This document shows positions 28,505-38,506 of a stretch of 64,000 nt of DNA, piece after piece (position 1 is the first letter of the stretch; each line of letters begins with the position of its first letter). The DNA is from a virus. The notes beneath the pieces were generated by a model. That model searched no databases. It was not told where the DNA came from and worked only from the letters and a program-made list of their open reading frames with translations. The stretch covers positions 32,001 through 96,000 of the IMG/VR virus record IMGVR_UViG_3300025646_005482; one strand, 5' to 3'. Position numbers and translations under genes: made by a program.

Positions 28505-29310
28505 TGGCATTTTTAGTACATAATCTACCTCCAATCCCAGTCATGGTTCGTAAAGAGTATCTCTATGATCTCGAATACGGCCATGGCGAGTTCACACCTG
28601 GTATATGGACATCGGTCAAATCGGTGACAGGCAAAGCTTTGTACTTCGAAACATTATTGACTGACTATGGTGCATTGTTCGATAAGCTACCTATCTCTGC
28701 ATTTGTATGGAAGACAGACATTGATTACGATCTACCGCTCGATACTTTGCAATTATGGGACTGCTTCGACTATCATATAACCGTTATCCAGAAACCACTT
28801 CTGTCAAGTTGTAAGTTCTTCGGTAAAGATAAACAGTTTCATGAAGGCGAATATTTGTTTACAATAGATAATTGTCATGCAGATAATAATATCTTAGATG
28901 AGAACTTTAGTGAACATGATCCTGAGCATAAGTCATTCAACATCATTCAATTGCAGAATGGTCAGTTCGCCGCTCAGCCAAACAATCGAATCATTTGGCG
29001 TGACTCGAGTTTGACTGTTGACGAACCACTGAAACCTGACTTTAAAGTCTGTACACAAAACTATCATGTAGAGACAGAACCAAAATGGAGTGTAGGTCAT
29101 ACCGACGAGTGGAGCTATAAGACAAAAGAAGAAGCATTAGAAGAAGTCAATGAAAAATATCCAAAGACTCTCGATATCTTGAAAGAAGATTATATACAGT
29201 TTGAGAAAAGATACAAAGAAGCTTTGCATGACTACACAAGAGTTAGAGAAGATAATGAGAAATTTCGTCATCGCAAGAAGGTGGCCAGGAAAAGGAAGAA
29301 TACAGAATAA
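28504..29310 (+). CDS. Conserved hypothetical protein between nrdA and nrdB
   Basis: TAATG coupling on both sides; VRKEYLYD, LPISAF, LQLWDCF, EHKS, AAQPNNR. Confidence 0.75.
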   Translation: MAFLVHNLPPIPVMVRKEYLYDLEYGHGEFTPGIWTSVKSVTGKALYFETLLTDYGALFDKLPISAFVWKTDIDYDLPLDTLQLWDCFDYHITVIQKPLLSSCKFFGKDKQFHEGEYLFTIDNCHADNNILDENFSEHDPEHKSFNIIQLQNGQFAAQPNNRIIWRDSSLTVDEPLKPDFKVCTQNYHVETEPKWSVGHTDEWSYKTKEEALEEVNEKYPKTLDILKEDYIQFEKRYKEALHDYTRVREDNEKFRHRKKVARKRKNTE

Positions 29311-30353
29311 TGTCAGTATTTCATACGAAGAAAATTGATTTTACTACACAGCCAGCATTCTTTGGTCCACGTGTAAATATTGCACGATACGATAAACAAC
29401 GATATCGTGTCTTTGAAACGCTCACTGATAAACAACTCGGTTTCTTTTGGCGTCCTGAAGAAGTGGACATCAGCCGTGATAGTAAAGACTTTAAGAATCT
29501 AACCGAACATGAGCAACATATTTTTACGAGCAATTTGAAGCGACAGATCTTGCTCGACTCAGTACAAGGGCGAGGTCCCGTTGAGACGTTCATGCCTTTG
29601 TGTTCGTTACCTGAACTTGAGAACTGGCTCGTAACATGGGCCTTCAGCGAGACCATTCATTCACGATCATATACACATATTATCCGTAATGTATATTCAG
29701 ATCCATCAAAAGTATTTGACGAGATGCTCGACATCAAAGAGATTGTTGATTGCGCAGAATCTATTTCGAAATACTATGATAATCTGGCAGAAAACCCAAC
29801 GAAAAAGAATCTGTGGTTGGCAGTGAATGCTGTGAATGCACTCGAAGGCATCCGCTTCTATGTGTCGTTCGCTTGCAGTTGGGCATTTGCCGAACTCAAA
29901 AAGATGGAAGGTAACGCAAAGATCATTAAGTTTATCGCACGTGATGAGAACGTGCACATGGCATCAACACAACAACTCATCAAGCTATTACCAAAAGAAG
30001 ACAAAGACTACGCCAAAATTGCTATAGATAGTAAGGAAGAAGTAAAACAAATTTTCCGTGATGTGCTCGACCAAGAAAAAGCATGGGCAAACTATTTGTT
30101 CAAACAAGGATCTATGATAGGTCTGAATGCTGAGCTCTTGAATGAGTATGTGGAGTGGCTAGGTAACAAGCGTATGTATGCCATTGGATTATCAAACGAG
30201 CGAGGCGGATCTGACCCGCTGCCTTGGACACAAAAGTGGATCAGTGGTGCAGAAGTACAGGTCGCCCCGCAAGAAACTGAAATCACATCATATATTGTTG
30301 GTGGTATCAAGAAAGATGTCGACGACGATACATTTAAGGACTTTTCATTCTAA
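29310..30353 (+). CDS. nrdB: Ribonucleotide reductase beta subunit
   Basis: FFWRPEE, LLDSVQGR, ETIHSRSY, EGIRFYVSF, RDENVH, VAPQE. Confidence 0.98.
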   Translation: MSVFHTKKIDFTTQPAFFGPRVNIARYDKQRYRVFETLTDKQLGFFWRPEEVDISRDSKDFKNLTEHEQHIFTSNLKRQILLDSVQGRGPVETFMPLCSLPELENWLVTWAFSETIHSRSYTHIIRNVYSDPSKVFDEMLDIKEIVDCAESISKYYDNLAENPTKKNLWLAVNAVNALEGIRFYVSFACSWAFAELKKMEGNAKIIKFIARDENVHMASTQQLIKLLPKEDKDYAKIAIDSKEEVKQIFRDVLDQEKAWANYLFKQGSMIGLNAELLNEYVEWLGNKRMYAIGLSNERGGSDPLPWTQKWISGAEVQVAPQETEITSYIVGGIKKDVDDDTFKDFSF

Positions 30354-31072
30354 TGAATAATTTTCAAACAAAAATTCTATCAGAGCTATTTGATATTATA
30401 GCTGGTGACGAACCATTAAAACCAAAAAGATTCGAACACATCGATATCTGTCATGCTGGTGAAAACCATATCAGTGACTATACTGATATGGAACCATTGA
30501 TGGACAGAATGGGCATTGCAGAATGTCCGAGAGATCTATACGAATTCTATGAATTAATAGGTGCTAATAAAACTATTATCATGCACGATGAATTTGGAGA
30601 TCTAGATTGGAACAAGCATTTTGAATGGCCACGAGAAAAGCCCTTCGACATCATCGTAAACTGCGGTAAGTCATCACACATTTTCAATCAATTTGCTTTC
30701 TTTGATAACATCCATCGTATGGCTGGTGAAGGCACGTTTATGGTACACGCTGTTCCGTTTTTCTCTACCGTAGAAGCATCAATTTATACATATTCTCCAA
30801 ACTTCTTTGCTAGATTATGTGCAGCGAATCAGTATGAAATGTGTGGGTCATTCATCGGCACTACTACGGGTGAAAGATTTTCTCGGATGAAAATATCCCT
30901 CGATTATGCGTTGAATAGATACAGCGATGAATTTAAATTTCAAATATGGTCCAACGGCGAAGATAAAGGGTATAAAAGACCCGCTCATGTAGGTGTGATA
31001 TTGCGAAAGAAGAATAACGACCAATTCAAAATACCAGACTACAGAGAACGAGATGATACAGACGCTGATTGA
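30353..31072 (+). CDS. Possible methyltransferase-fold protein
   Basis: DLDWN...FDIIVNCGKSSHIFNQ...F.NIH...G..MVHAVP. Confidence 0.45.
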   Translation: MNNFQTKILSELFDIIAGDEPLKPKRFEHIDICHAGENHISDYTDMEPLMDRMGIAECPRDLYEFYELIGANKTIIMHDEFGDLDWNKHFEWPREKPFDIIVNCGKSSHIFNQFAFFDNIHRMAGEGTFMVHAVPFFSTVEASIYTYSPNFFARLCAANQYEMCGSFIGTTTGERFSRMKISLDYALNRYSDEFKFQIWSNGEDKGYKRPAHVGVILRKKNNDQFKIPDYRERDDTDAD

Positions 31073-31247
31073 ACTAATCAAATCAAAATTTAAAATAGAA
31101 ACTCGTATTGTAGATACCGATACGGAATTGAGTTTGGTTGTTGTCAATATGTTTGGCAATGAGGTAATATATGAACACAAACAAGATTTGTTACCTCTGT
31201 TAGAAGCTTTTAAAAGCAGGATAAAAGATGTACAAGAAGACGATTAA
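31053..31247 (+). CDS. Hypothetical protein
   Basis: ORF within an operon. Confidence 0.55.
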   Translation: MIQTLIELIKSKFKIETRIVDTDTELSLVVVNMFGNEVIYEHKQDLLPLLEAFKSRIKDVQEDD

Positions 31248-31398
31248 TTGTAAATCGTGCGAGGTCAAATGTGACGTAATTATTCGTCAGACTAATTTTG
31301 ATGATGAAGAGATGCCTATCGAGTTTTGTCCTATCTGTAGTGCATCTCTCGAAGATCAGCAGTTTGAATATGATGATGATATGGAGTTAGAGTGGTAA
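31228..31398 (+). CDS. Small Zn-ribbon protein (56 aa, not in ORF track)
   Basis: CKSC...FCPIC with acidic tail; SD AGGA. Confidence 0.7.
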   Translation: MYKKTINCKSCEVKCDVIIRQTNFDDEEMPIEFCPICSASLEDQQFEYDDDMELEW

Positions 31399-31856
31399 AC
31401 TATCCTGGAATTAGTTCGGCGTGGGATCGTAAGTTCTTAGCGTTAGCACAACACATCTCATCGTGGTCGAAAGACCCGTCAAAAAAGATCGGCGCGGTAG
31501 CTGTTGGTCCTAATCGTAATATTCTCGCCACAGGATATAATGGATTCCCAAAGGGAATACAAGACACCGAAGAAAGACTGAACGATCGCGAGACAAAGTA
31601 TGAGCTCGTGGTACACGCTGAAATGAATTGTATATATAATGCTGTAGAGAATGGAGTTTCACTGAAGGGTGCACATCTCTACGTTTACGGATTACCTATC
31701 TGCCACGAATGTGCAAAAGGCGTAGTACAAGTTGGTATAGGTAGAGTAGTCATCGAAGATGCATTATGCGCCGAACAAAGGTGGTCAGACAGTTTTGCCA
31801 AATCAAAAAGAATCTTCCACGAAGGTAACGTCGTCGTTAACTACTGCAAGTTATGA
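31392..31856 (+). CDS. cd: dCMP deaminase
   Basis: SKDPS, GYNGFP, HAEMN, PICHECAK. Confidence 0.92.
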   Translation: MVNYPGISSAWDRKFLALAQHISSWSKDPSKKIGAVAVGPNRNILATGYNGFPKGIQDTEERLNDRETKYELVVHAEMNCIYNAVENGVSLKGAHLYVYGLPICHECAKGVVQVGIGRVVIEDALCAEQRWSDSFAKSKRIFHEGNVVVNYCKL

Positions 31857-32280
31857 AAACCCATGGATACACTTACTAGAAGGTTGGGCGCTCGAGTCTG
31901 AGCATGTACAAAATTTCTATGGTATGGTATATTTGTTAATTAATAAAGAAACTAAACGTAAGTATATCGGCAAGAAGTTTTTTTGGAGTAAGAAGACACT
32001 ACCTCCGCTCAAAGGCAAGAAGAGAAAGAGAAGATCATTAGTCGAATCAGACTGGAAAAATTACTACGGATCAAATCAAGAACTCAAAGATGAGCTAGCT
32101 AATGGTGCCGAGTTCGAACGATATGTGGTTCATCTTTGCGAAACAAAAACAGAGTGTGCATATTGGGAAATGGATTATCAAATTCGTTGTGAAGCACTAC
32201 TCACAGAAGAATACTATAATCAATTTATTGGTGGGAAGATAAACGGAAAATGGCTAAAGAAAAAAGACGAGAAATTCTAA
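31759..32280 (+). CDS. GIY-YIG family endonuclease (start uncertain)
   Basis: YGMVYLLIN...KYIGKK, WKNYYGS, YWE, YYN. Confidence 0.8.
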   Translation: MHYAPNKGGQTVLPNQKESSTKVTSSLTTASYENPWIHLLEGWALESEHVQNFYGMVYLLINKETKRKYIGKKFFWSKKTLPPLKGKKRKRRSLVESDWKNYYGSNQELKDELANGAEFERYVVHLCETKTECAYWEMDYQIRCEALLTEEYYNQFIGGKINGKWLKKKDEKF

Positions 32281-32471
32281 TTTCGCTAGACAATGTGTTT
32301 TCTGCACAAATTCAAAGACATAAAGTCAATGTCGATATCATGATTGATAGCAATGTCGGTGTAGCGGAACACCCTGACGTGATGTTAACTATCGAAGAGG
32401 AGTTAGCAAAAATGGCCGAATGGGAAGATAAACGCGAAGTATTGAGGAAATATTTTGGCGAGTCCGAATGA
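32250..32471 (+). CDS. Hypothetical protein
   Basis: VGVAEHPD...IEEEL. Confidence 0.7.
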   Translation: MAKEKRREILISLDNVFSAQIQRHKVNVDIMIDSNVGVAEHPDVMLTIEEELAKMAEWEDKREVLRKYFGESE

Positions 32472-32691
32472 TCACATCGTAGTCATCACACAGGAGGGTT
32501 GTCCTCCTTGTGATATGCTGAAGATGTATATTGAACAGAAAGATGTGAAGTGTGTAATGCTAGAAGTGCACACTGATATTTCTTTAGAGGCTGTAGAAAA
32601 AATATGGCCAGAATGCGAAGGTTTTCCATTCGTAACCGTGAATGGTGCTTTTATTGGTGATTTAATGTTCTACTTGGAGAGTGGATTGTAA
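32455..32691 (+). CDS. Glutaredoxin-like protein
   Basis: CPPC and FPFVTVNGAFIG. Confidence 0.8.
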   Translation: MASPNDHIVVITQEGCPPCDMLKMYIEQKDVKCVMLEVHTDISLEAVEKIWPECEGFPFVTVNGAFIGDLMFYLESGL

Positions 32692-32870
32692 TGTTAGATG
32701 TATGGAGAATTAAGAAAACACGAGAGATCGTTTATCCAATGGGTAAAGCCGATGGTAATAATCACACACTAGTTTTATTTCGACATAAGAGACAAACTAA
32801 AGCTGGTAATTATGGTCATCTCAGTGCAGTGAGAAATGATAACTTAATCAAGGATCGTGAAAATGGCTGA
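32691..32870 (+). CDS. Small hypothetical protein (59 aa, not in ORF track)
   Basis: TAATG coupling, fills the gap. Confidence 0.55.
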   Translation: MLDVWRIKKTREIVYPMGKADGNNHTLVLFRHKRQTKAGNYGHLSAVRNDNLIKDRENG

Positions 32871-33870
32871 GATACTCGCTGGAGAATTTAAACGCAACGA
32901 AACAAATGAAAAATCAATGGGCGGTACAGAAGTACTGACCATGAAAGTTGCAGAACGAGCTGACCAAAAATTATTGAAAGAATGCCAAATCATTTCTTCT
33001 CGTGTAAAGAGCGAGTTAGCAGATGATAAGATTCGTATTTTTTGGGCACATGATTTGCCAGGCGATCCTGAGGCCGATTTTTTAAAGACCGATCATGGCA
33101 AAGAAAAGTTTCATAAATTCGTGTTTGTATCTAACTGGCAAATGCAGAGATACATCGACCGCTATCAATTACCATGGAGTAAATGTATTGTATTACGCAA
33201 CTTTATTGATACGATACCCGAACACGAAAAACCCAATGACGGCACAATCAATCTGATATACCACACAACACCACACCGAGGCCTAAACATCTTGGCTGCA
33301 GTGTTTCAAAGGATTGCAGAAAAACATAAGAATGTTCATCTTGACGTGTACTCATCATTCGACATATATGGATGGGGCGCCCGAGACAATGATTACAAAG
33401 AAGTGTTTAAGATTCTCGATGATCATCCGAATGCAACTAATCATGGCGCGAAGCCACATGCAGAAGTCGTAGAGGCACTCAAGAAATCTCATATCTTTGC
33501 ATATCCATCTACATGGGCAGAGACTGGTTGTCTTGCACTGATGGAAGCGATGTCAGCTAAAAACGTCTGTGTACACTCCAACTTCGGCGCTTTATATGAA
33601 ACAGCATCACATTGGACAAATATGTACCAGTTTTACGAAGATCCCAATTCACATGCTGGTGCCTTGTTTAATATGTTAGATTTGTCTATCAATCATTACA
33701 AAGACATGTATCATAACACAGGGCCTACGAAGGTATATGCTGATACATTTTATAGTTGGGAAAACAGGGCAGCCGAGTGGAATTCACTGATGAGTGCGCT
33801 GATTGGCCACATTAAAGATAGATCTGTACCGAAAGATGTTGGACCGGTTTTCAGTTATAAGACAACTTGA
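32863..33870 (+). CDS. GT-B (GT4-like) glycosyltransferase
   Basis: GGTE, WAHD, FVSNWQ, TPHRGL, YPSTWAETGCLALMEAM. Confidence 0.88.
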   Translation: MAEILAGEFKRNETNEKSMGGTEVLTMKVAERADQKLLKECQIISSRVKSELADDKIRIFWAHDLPGDPEADFLKTDHGKEKFHKFVFVSNWQMQRYIDRYQLPWSKCIVLRNFIDTIPEHEKPNDGTINLIYHTTPHRGLNILAAVFQRIAEKHKNVHLDVYSSFDIYGWGARDNDYKEVFKILDDHPNATNHGAKPHAEVVEALKKSHIFAYPSTWAETGCLALMEAMSAKNVCVHSNFGALYETASHWTNMYQFYEDPNSHAGALFNMLDLSINHYKDMYHNTGPTKVYADTFYSWENRAAEWNSLMSALIGHIKDRSVPKDVGPVFSYKTT

Positions 33871-33878
33871 TATAAATA
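33871..33878 (+). promoter_or_regulatory. T4-type late promoter
   Basis: TATAAATA. Confidence 0.6.
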
Positions 33879-33883
33879 GATCT

Positions 33884-34204
33884 ATGAACAATGTCATAGA
33901 GTTTCCGTTAGATCGTCGTCTGGAACAGATGGCGATTGAGGACGGTTTCAATGTCTACGATAAAGTAGAACTCGCCGAATTAGACACAGATCAATACTTG
34001 TCTGAAATGCTTAGTAGTATGTTTAGTAACGACTATAGAGTAGACAATGAAGATTATGTGTACGATATTTCCTTCTTATACGAGACTCTCAAATCATTTG
34101 TCTATAAGATGAATGATTGCCATCACCCCATTCAACACTTCGCGAAGAACTTATACTGGGATGCAGTACATCCAGACACTACTCAATTGGAATTCGATTT
34201 TTAG
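33884..34204 (+). CDS. Hypothetical protein
   Basis: MNNVIEFP...HHPIQ. Confidence 0.7.
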   Translation: MNNVIEFPLDRRLEQMAIEDGFNVYDKVELAELDTDQYLSEMLSSMFSNDYRVDNEDYVYDISFLYETLKSFVYKMNDCHHPIQHFAKNLYWDAVHPDTTQLEFDF

Positions 34205-34205
34205 G

Positions 34206-34234
34206 TTTACAAAGCCACATTTATTTGGTAGAAT
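34206..34234 (+). promoter_or_regulatory. sigma70-type promoter for rnh
   Basis: TTTACA-N17-TAGAAT. Confidence 0.75.
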
Positions 34235-34261
34235 ATACCAGTAAATAAGTGGAGTTTAACA

Positions 34262-35098
34262 GTGATTATATTAGATTACAACCAAGTAGCCCTCGCCAGT
34301 CTGATGGTGAGTGGTCCTAAAAACATCAATGCGAATGAAGATCTGCTACGACATATGATCCTCAATTCTATTCGTATGAATAAAGTCAAGTTTGAGAAAG
34401 AGTTCGGCGAGCTAGTTATCGCATGCGACGCTACGTCTAACTGGCGCAAACAGTTCTTCCCATATTACAAAGCGAATCGCAAGAAGAACCGACAAGATTC
34501 TGGTCTAGACTGGAATGAAATCTTTCGTATTCTCAATGCAGTACGCGATGAACTTGCAGAATTCTTTCCCTACCCCACCGTCCGAGTTGAGCATGCCGAA
34601 GCTGATGATGTCATTGCGACTCTTTGTCATGAACACGGTCGCCAACTCGGCGGTGACCCTATCCTCATCTTGTCAGGCGACAAAGACTTCCAGCAGCTCC
34701 AGAAATATTCTAATGTCCAGCAGTATGATCCTACACGAAAGAAATGGATTCGCTGTAATGATCCTGTGGCATTCCTGAAAGAGCATATTATTAAAGGCGA
34801 CACCGGTGATGGTATACCCAATGTGTTGAGTGCTGATGATACATTTGTAGCAAATGCACGACAGAAACCATTACGTTCGAAGAGGATGGCTGAATTGTTG
34901 GAGCATGTACCAGAAGAACTAAGGTATAATTACAGCCGTAATCGTATGCTTATCGATCTCAGTGCCGTACCCAACGACATTAGGGCAAACATCAAAAAGG
35001 TATGCGAAGAACAAGAAGGCAAAGGTCGAGAAAAACTCTTCAATTACTTTATCAAATACAAACTCAAAAATTTAACCGATAGCATCTCGGAGTTTTAA
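34262..35098 (+). CDS. rnh: T4-type RNase H (5'-3' exonuclease)
   Basis: WRKQFFPYYKANRK, EADD, SGDKDFQQLQ, GDTGDGIPN. Confidence 0.95.
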   Translation: MIILDYNQVALASLMVSGPKNINANEDLLRHMILNSIRMNKVKFEKEFGELVIACDATSNWRKQFFPYYKANRKKNRQDSGLDWNEIFRILNAVRDELAEFFPYPTVRVEHAEADDVIATLCHEHGRQLGGDPILILSGDKDFQQLQKYSNVQQYDPTRKKWIRCNDPVAFLKEHIIKGDTGDGIPNVLSADDTFVANARQKPLRSKRMAELLEHVPEELRYNYSRNRMLIDLSAVPNDIRANIKKVCEEQEGKGREKLFNYFIKYKLKNLTDSISEF

Positions 35099-35099
35099 A

Positions 35100-35528
35100 A
35101 TGGCAAAATTAATTAGCGATATCTTTAAAGAAATAGAAAAGGTATCTGGCCGAAAGGCAAAAATTCAAAAGTTACAAGAATATCAAAATAACAATGCCTT
35201 CATGCAAATCTTAGAGGCAGTGTGTGACGTTCGAGTTATTTTTGAATTACCTGACGGCGCGCCTCCCTACAATCCTCCTGAAGATATGATCGATAATACA
35301 GGAGGTCTGTACAAAGAAATACGTAAGATGTATATCTTTACGAAGAATAGTCGTAGCGCCGCCATCCAGCCGTTCAAGCGTGAAAAGGTATTCATCGAGA
35401 TGTTAGAGAGTATTCATCCAAATGATGCTGAGCTGATGCTGAGTGTCAAGGAAAAGAAACTGCCGTACAAAGGCATTACATCAAAACTAGTACAGGAAGC
35501 ATTTCCGGAAAGGTTTAAGTATGAGTAA
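35100..35528 (+). CDS. Conserved T4-like hypothetical protein
   Basis: LPDGAPPY...KREKVFIEMLESIHPNDAEL...KLPYKGIT. Confidence 0.75.
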   Translation: MAKLISDIFKEIEKVSGRKAKIQKLQEYQNNNAFMQILEAVCDVRVIFELPDGAPPYNPPEDMIDNTGGLYKEIRKMYIFTKNSRSAAIQPFKREKVFIEMLESIHPNDAELMLSVKEKKLPYKGITSKLVQEAFPERFKYE

Positions 35529-35694
35529 ATCTAAGAGAGAAAGTAATTACCGCAAAGAAGAGCGTAAATATCAGGATGGTTCACAGCGAGAATTTATCCA
35601 TGAGTACCGCGAGCACAAAGAAGAAAAATATTTAAAAAATGTTCTCAGATCTAACGATCTGGAAGCTCTGTTGGAAGTTGAAGATTATAAATAA
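35521..35694 (+). CDS. Small charged protein (57 aa, not in ORF track)
   Basis: Overlaps the upstream stop, fills the gap. Confidence 0.55.
   Translation: MSKSKRESNYRKEERKYQDGSQREFIHEYREHKEEKYLKNVLRSNDLEALLEVEDYK
35686..35693 (+). promoter_or_regulatory. T4-type late promoter
   Basis: TATAAATA. Confidence 0.55.
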
Positions 35695-35697
35695 AAC

Positions 35698-35931
35698 ATG
35701 CCTACATACACTTATTTTAATTCTGAGTCCGGTGAACAAGAAGAACATTTCCATAAGATAGCTGAAATGGACGACTTCTCAGCTAGGCACCCCCATCTCA
35801 CTCGAGTTATCACAGCTCCGAAGAACAATATTGTTACTGGCATCAATCAAAAACCTGATGCTGGCTTTCGTGATGTCCTCAAATCAATCAAAAAAGCCTC
35901 AGGGAGGGATAATACAGTCAACACCTTTTAA
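35698..35931 (+). CDS. FmdB-like small protein (Cys-less)
   Basis: MPTYTY...KPDAGFRDVLKSIKK. Confidence 0.65.
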   Translation: MPTYTYFNSESGEQEEHFHKIAEMDDFSARHPHLTRVITAPKNNIVTGINQKPDAGFRDVLKSIKKASGRDNTVNTF

Positions 35932-35966
35932 CCCGTAAGTTTAATAACAAAAAAAGAGTAGGTTAT

Positions 35967-36707
35967 ATGGCACTTTCGAAGAGACAACGACGCGCGTTAC
36001 GTAAGAATGGAATTTTGGATTCGCGTGAACATGTACCACAGAGAGGCATGAAGCTTCAGCCAATTTTTCCGAAAACTTTTGCTCAACAGTTGACTTTTGA
36101 TGCATACGACTCAGGAGACCATTTACTACTTCATGGAATGGCAGGTACAGGTAAAACATTTATTTCATTTTACTTGGCACTGACAGATTTATTCAATAAT
36201 CCCGACTGCGAGTACTACGACATCACAGTCGTACGTTCCGCGGTACCAACCAGAGATATCGGCTTCCTTCCGGGTAATGAAGACGAAAAGCTATCAGTAT
36301 ATGAAGAACCTTATCGAGCAATCTGTAACGAGTTGTTTCGACGCGGCGACGCATACGATATCCTGAAAGAAAAAGAACTAGTAAAGTTTATGTGTACATC
36401 TTTCGTTAGAGGCTGTACAATGGATAATACTATTGTCATTATAGACGAAGTTAACAACATGAATTTTCACGAATTAGATTCGATCATCACACGAATCGGT
36501 GAAAATTGCAGGGTGATCTTTTGCGGTGATTTCCGACAAAGTGATTTAACTAAACAACAGGAGAGACAAGGTCTTCTAGATTTTATGAAGATTATTGACA
36601 GACTACATGGATTCGAACACATTGAATTCCATGCTAACGATATCGTTAGATCATGTCTGGTGAAGGAGTATATCATTGCAAGAGAAGAACTCGGACTTTG
36701 CGCTTAA
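35967..36707 (+). CDS. phoH: PhoH-family ATPase
   Basis: GMAGTGKT, VRSAVPTRDIGFLPG, IIDE, GDFRQSDL, DIVRS. Confidence 0.95.
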   Translation: MALSKRQRRALRKNGILDSREHVPQRGMKLQPIFPKTFAQQLTFDAYDSGDHLLLHGMAGTGKTFISFYLALTDLFNNPDCEYYDITVVRSAVPTRDIGFLPGNEDEKLSVYEEPYRAICNELFRRGDAYDILKEKELVKFMCTSFVRGCTMDNTIVIIDEVNNMNFHELDSIITRIGENCRVIFCGDFRQSDLTKQQERQGLLDFMKIIDRLHGFEHIEFHANDIVRSCLVKEYIIAREELGLCA

Positions 36708-37359
36708 ACTTTTTGAGCCCAAACCCCTAAAACGAATCAACGAGGATGGCCAGAGGCTGTACGTTACTGAAAATGGAGAAAAATATCCATCAGTAACGTC
36801 GGCCCTTGGTGCATTATCGAGGAAGAAGATATGGGAATGGAGACAGCGTGTTGGCGCCGAAACTGCCAACAAGATCTCAACACAGGCATCCCGCGCCGGT
36901 ACTGCAGTGCACCAGATTGCGGAAGACTATATTCTCGGACAGATGAAAGAAGACGTGAATCCGATCGCGTTAAACACCTTTCGAACCATCCAGCCGTATC
37001 TCGATCAGAAAGTGGACGAGATCTACGGCGTGGAACTGCAAATGTATTCGACCGAATTAAAAACGGCCGGAACAACTGATCTTATCTGCCGCTATGACGG
37101 CAAAAACACAATCTTAGACTTCAAAACATCTAAACGTTGGAAATCAAAAGACGAGATTCACTCGTACTTTATGCAAGGCGCTGCGTATGCTACGATGGTC
37201 AAAGAACACTATGATATGGATATCGAACGTATCGTGATTCTGATGGCCGTAAATGCTGGTGAAGGTGCACTCGTATTTGATGAAGCACTCGAAGATTGGC
37301 AACCAATGACACGTAAATTCTTTGATCTATATCATAAAGGAAAACTGAAGGATTTTTAA
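36676..37359 (+). CDS. PD-(D/E)XK exonuclease (Cas4-like fold)
   Basis: YPSVT, RAGTAVH, AGTTD, DFKTS, YFMQGAAYA. Confidence 0.85.
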   Translation: MQEKNSDFALKLFEPKPLKRINEDGQRLYVTENGEKYPSVTSALGALSRKKIWEWRQRVGAETANKISTQASRAGTAVHQIAEDYILGQMKEDVNPIALNTFRTIQPYLDQKVDEIYGVELQMYSTELKTAGTTDLICRYDGKNTILDFKTSKRWKSKDEIHSYFMQGAAYATMVKEHYDMDIERIVILMAVNAGEGALVFDEALEDWQPMTRKFFDLYHKGKLKDF

Positions 37360-38033
37360 TGGCTACTAAAGAAGTATTTTCGGTTACACCTGATTTCTTA
37401 TCAGTTAAAGAGTGTGATCAACTAGTAAAGTTTTGTGAAAAGTTTAAGGATCGTTGGGGAAATGGCGAAGTATCCGAAGATGGAATTGCGGGTCAAGCTG
37501 CAAGAGATCCTATCCGTAACTGCAAAACGTGGTTTATTCAAGGCGACTTCGATGAGAAAGATCAGAGAGAAGCCGAAAGATTTTACAGGATGATTGATGA
37601 AAGATTCAATCGTGTAAAATTAGAAATGGGTCTTGATAACTGGGTTATTACTGAGAGAGAAGCATTTCAGTATACACACTACGAAAAAAATGACGGATAC
37701 GGTTGGCATAAAGATACACATGATGACCCATACGACTCTGCAATGGGTACTGATCCAGCGCATGACGGTCTAAATAGAAAATTAAGTATGACTATTTTTC
37801 TAAACGATTTTGTTGAGTGGGAAGAAGGTCGCTTTGAAATAGAAAATGCATGGACTCATGGACCTAATGATCCTCATTATAGAATTCATCAGTTCCAACC
37901 AGATTATAGTGATCAAATCAGAAAGGGTACAGCAATTGTTTTCCCTTCATATGTCCAACATAGAGTATCGCCAGTACAATCTGGTGTACGTAAATCACTC
38001 GTCGCTTGGTATCTTGGTCCGCCTTGGGTTTAA
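37359..38033 (+). CDS. 2OG-Fe(II) oxygenase (prolyl-4-hydroxylase-like)
   Basis: QYTHY, WHKD, RKLSMT, FPSYVQHRVSPV, RKSLVAW. Confidence 0.9.
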   Translation: MATKEVFSVTPDFLSVKECDQLVKFCEKFKDRWGNGEVSEDGIAGQAARDPIRNCKTWFIQGDFDEKDQREAERFYRMIDERFNRVKLEMGLDNWVITEREAFQYTHYEKNDGYGWHKDTHDDPYDSAMGTDPAHDGLNRKLSMTIFLNDFVEWEEGRFEIENAWTHGPNDPHYRIHQFQPDYSDQIRKGTAIVFPSYVQHRVSPVQSGVRKSLVAWYLGPPWV

Positions 38034-38506
38034 TTGTTTAGCGGATTATCGAGTATAATCTGAATCTTCTCTTCGAGATCTTTTCTGGTCTGACGTAAAT
38101 CAGCATCGAGCGTTCTCATACGCTCGTTTACTTTCGACTCAATACCATATACATCATCACGCAGTTCGCGCTGTGTAGTATTTGTCTGATCGTCTACACG
38201 TCTAGCAAGGGTCTCGACTTTATCCATATCTTCGGTTAGTCTATCTTCTGCTAACTCAAGCTTCTTCTCAAGCTGATCTATCGTAGCGAGGAGTGATGCC
38301 ATTGATTCTGACTGTACTGCCAATTCTTGTTCTATATGTGACATGTCAGGCGCCACGTACTCCTCAATCTGCGCCTTCATATTACGATAGTCATTATAAA
38401 ATTCGAACGCACCCCATGCACCACCACCGAGAGTCGATAGTGCTGTAAGGACCATAAACATCTTACCGCCCTTAAATGTCATGCCAGCAAATTCAAATTC
38501 TGCCAT
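38030..38506 (-). CDS. N-terminally membrane-anchored coiled-coil protein
   Basis: TM MFMVLTALSTLGGGAWGAF followed by long heptad repeats. Confidence 0.75.
   Translation of the reverse strand: MAEFEFAGMTFKGGKMFMVLTALSTLGGGAWGAFEFYNDYRNMKAQIEEYVAPDMSHIEQELAVQSESMASLLATIDQLEKKLELAEDRLTEDMDKVETLARRVDDQTNTTQRELRDDVYGIESKVNERMRTLDADLRQTRKDLEEKIQIILDNPLNN

Noticed and set aside
26192-30353. Introns or inteins in nrdA/nrdB (also uvsX, 41, 61)
   Set aside because: ORFs are continuous and of normal length, with no splicing motifs.
31759-32280. Mobile homing endonuclease
   Set aside because: Short stand-alone GIY-YIG domain with no DNA-binding extension and no interrupted host gene.
35932-35966. Pho box upstream of phoH or psiE
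   Set aside because: No convincing CTGTCAT-like 11-bp-period direct repeats.
36676-37359. CRISPR-associated Cas4
   Set aside because: No Fe-S cysteines, cas genes or array; typical T4-like exonuclease next to phoH.
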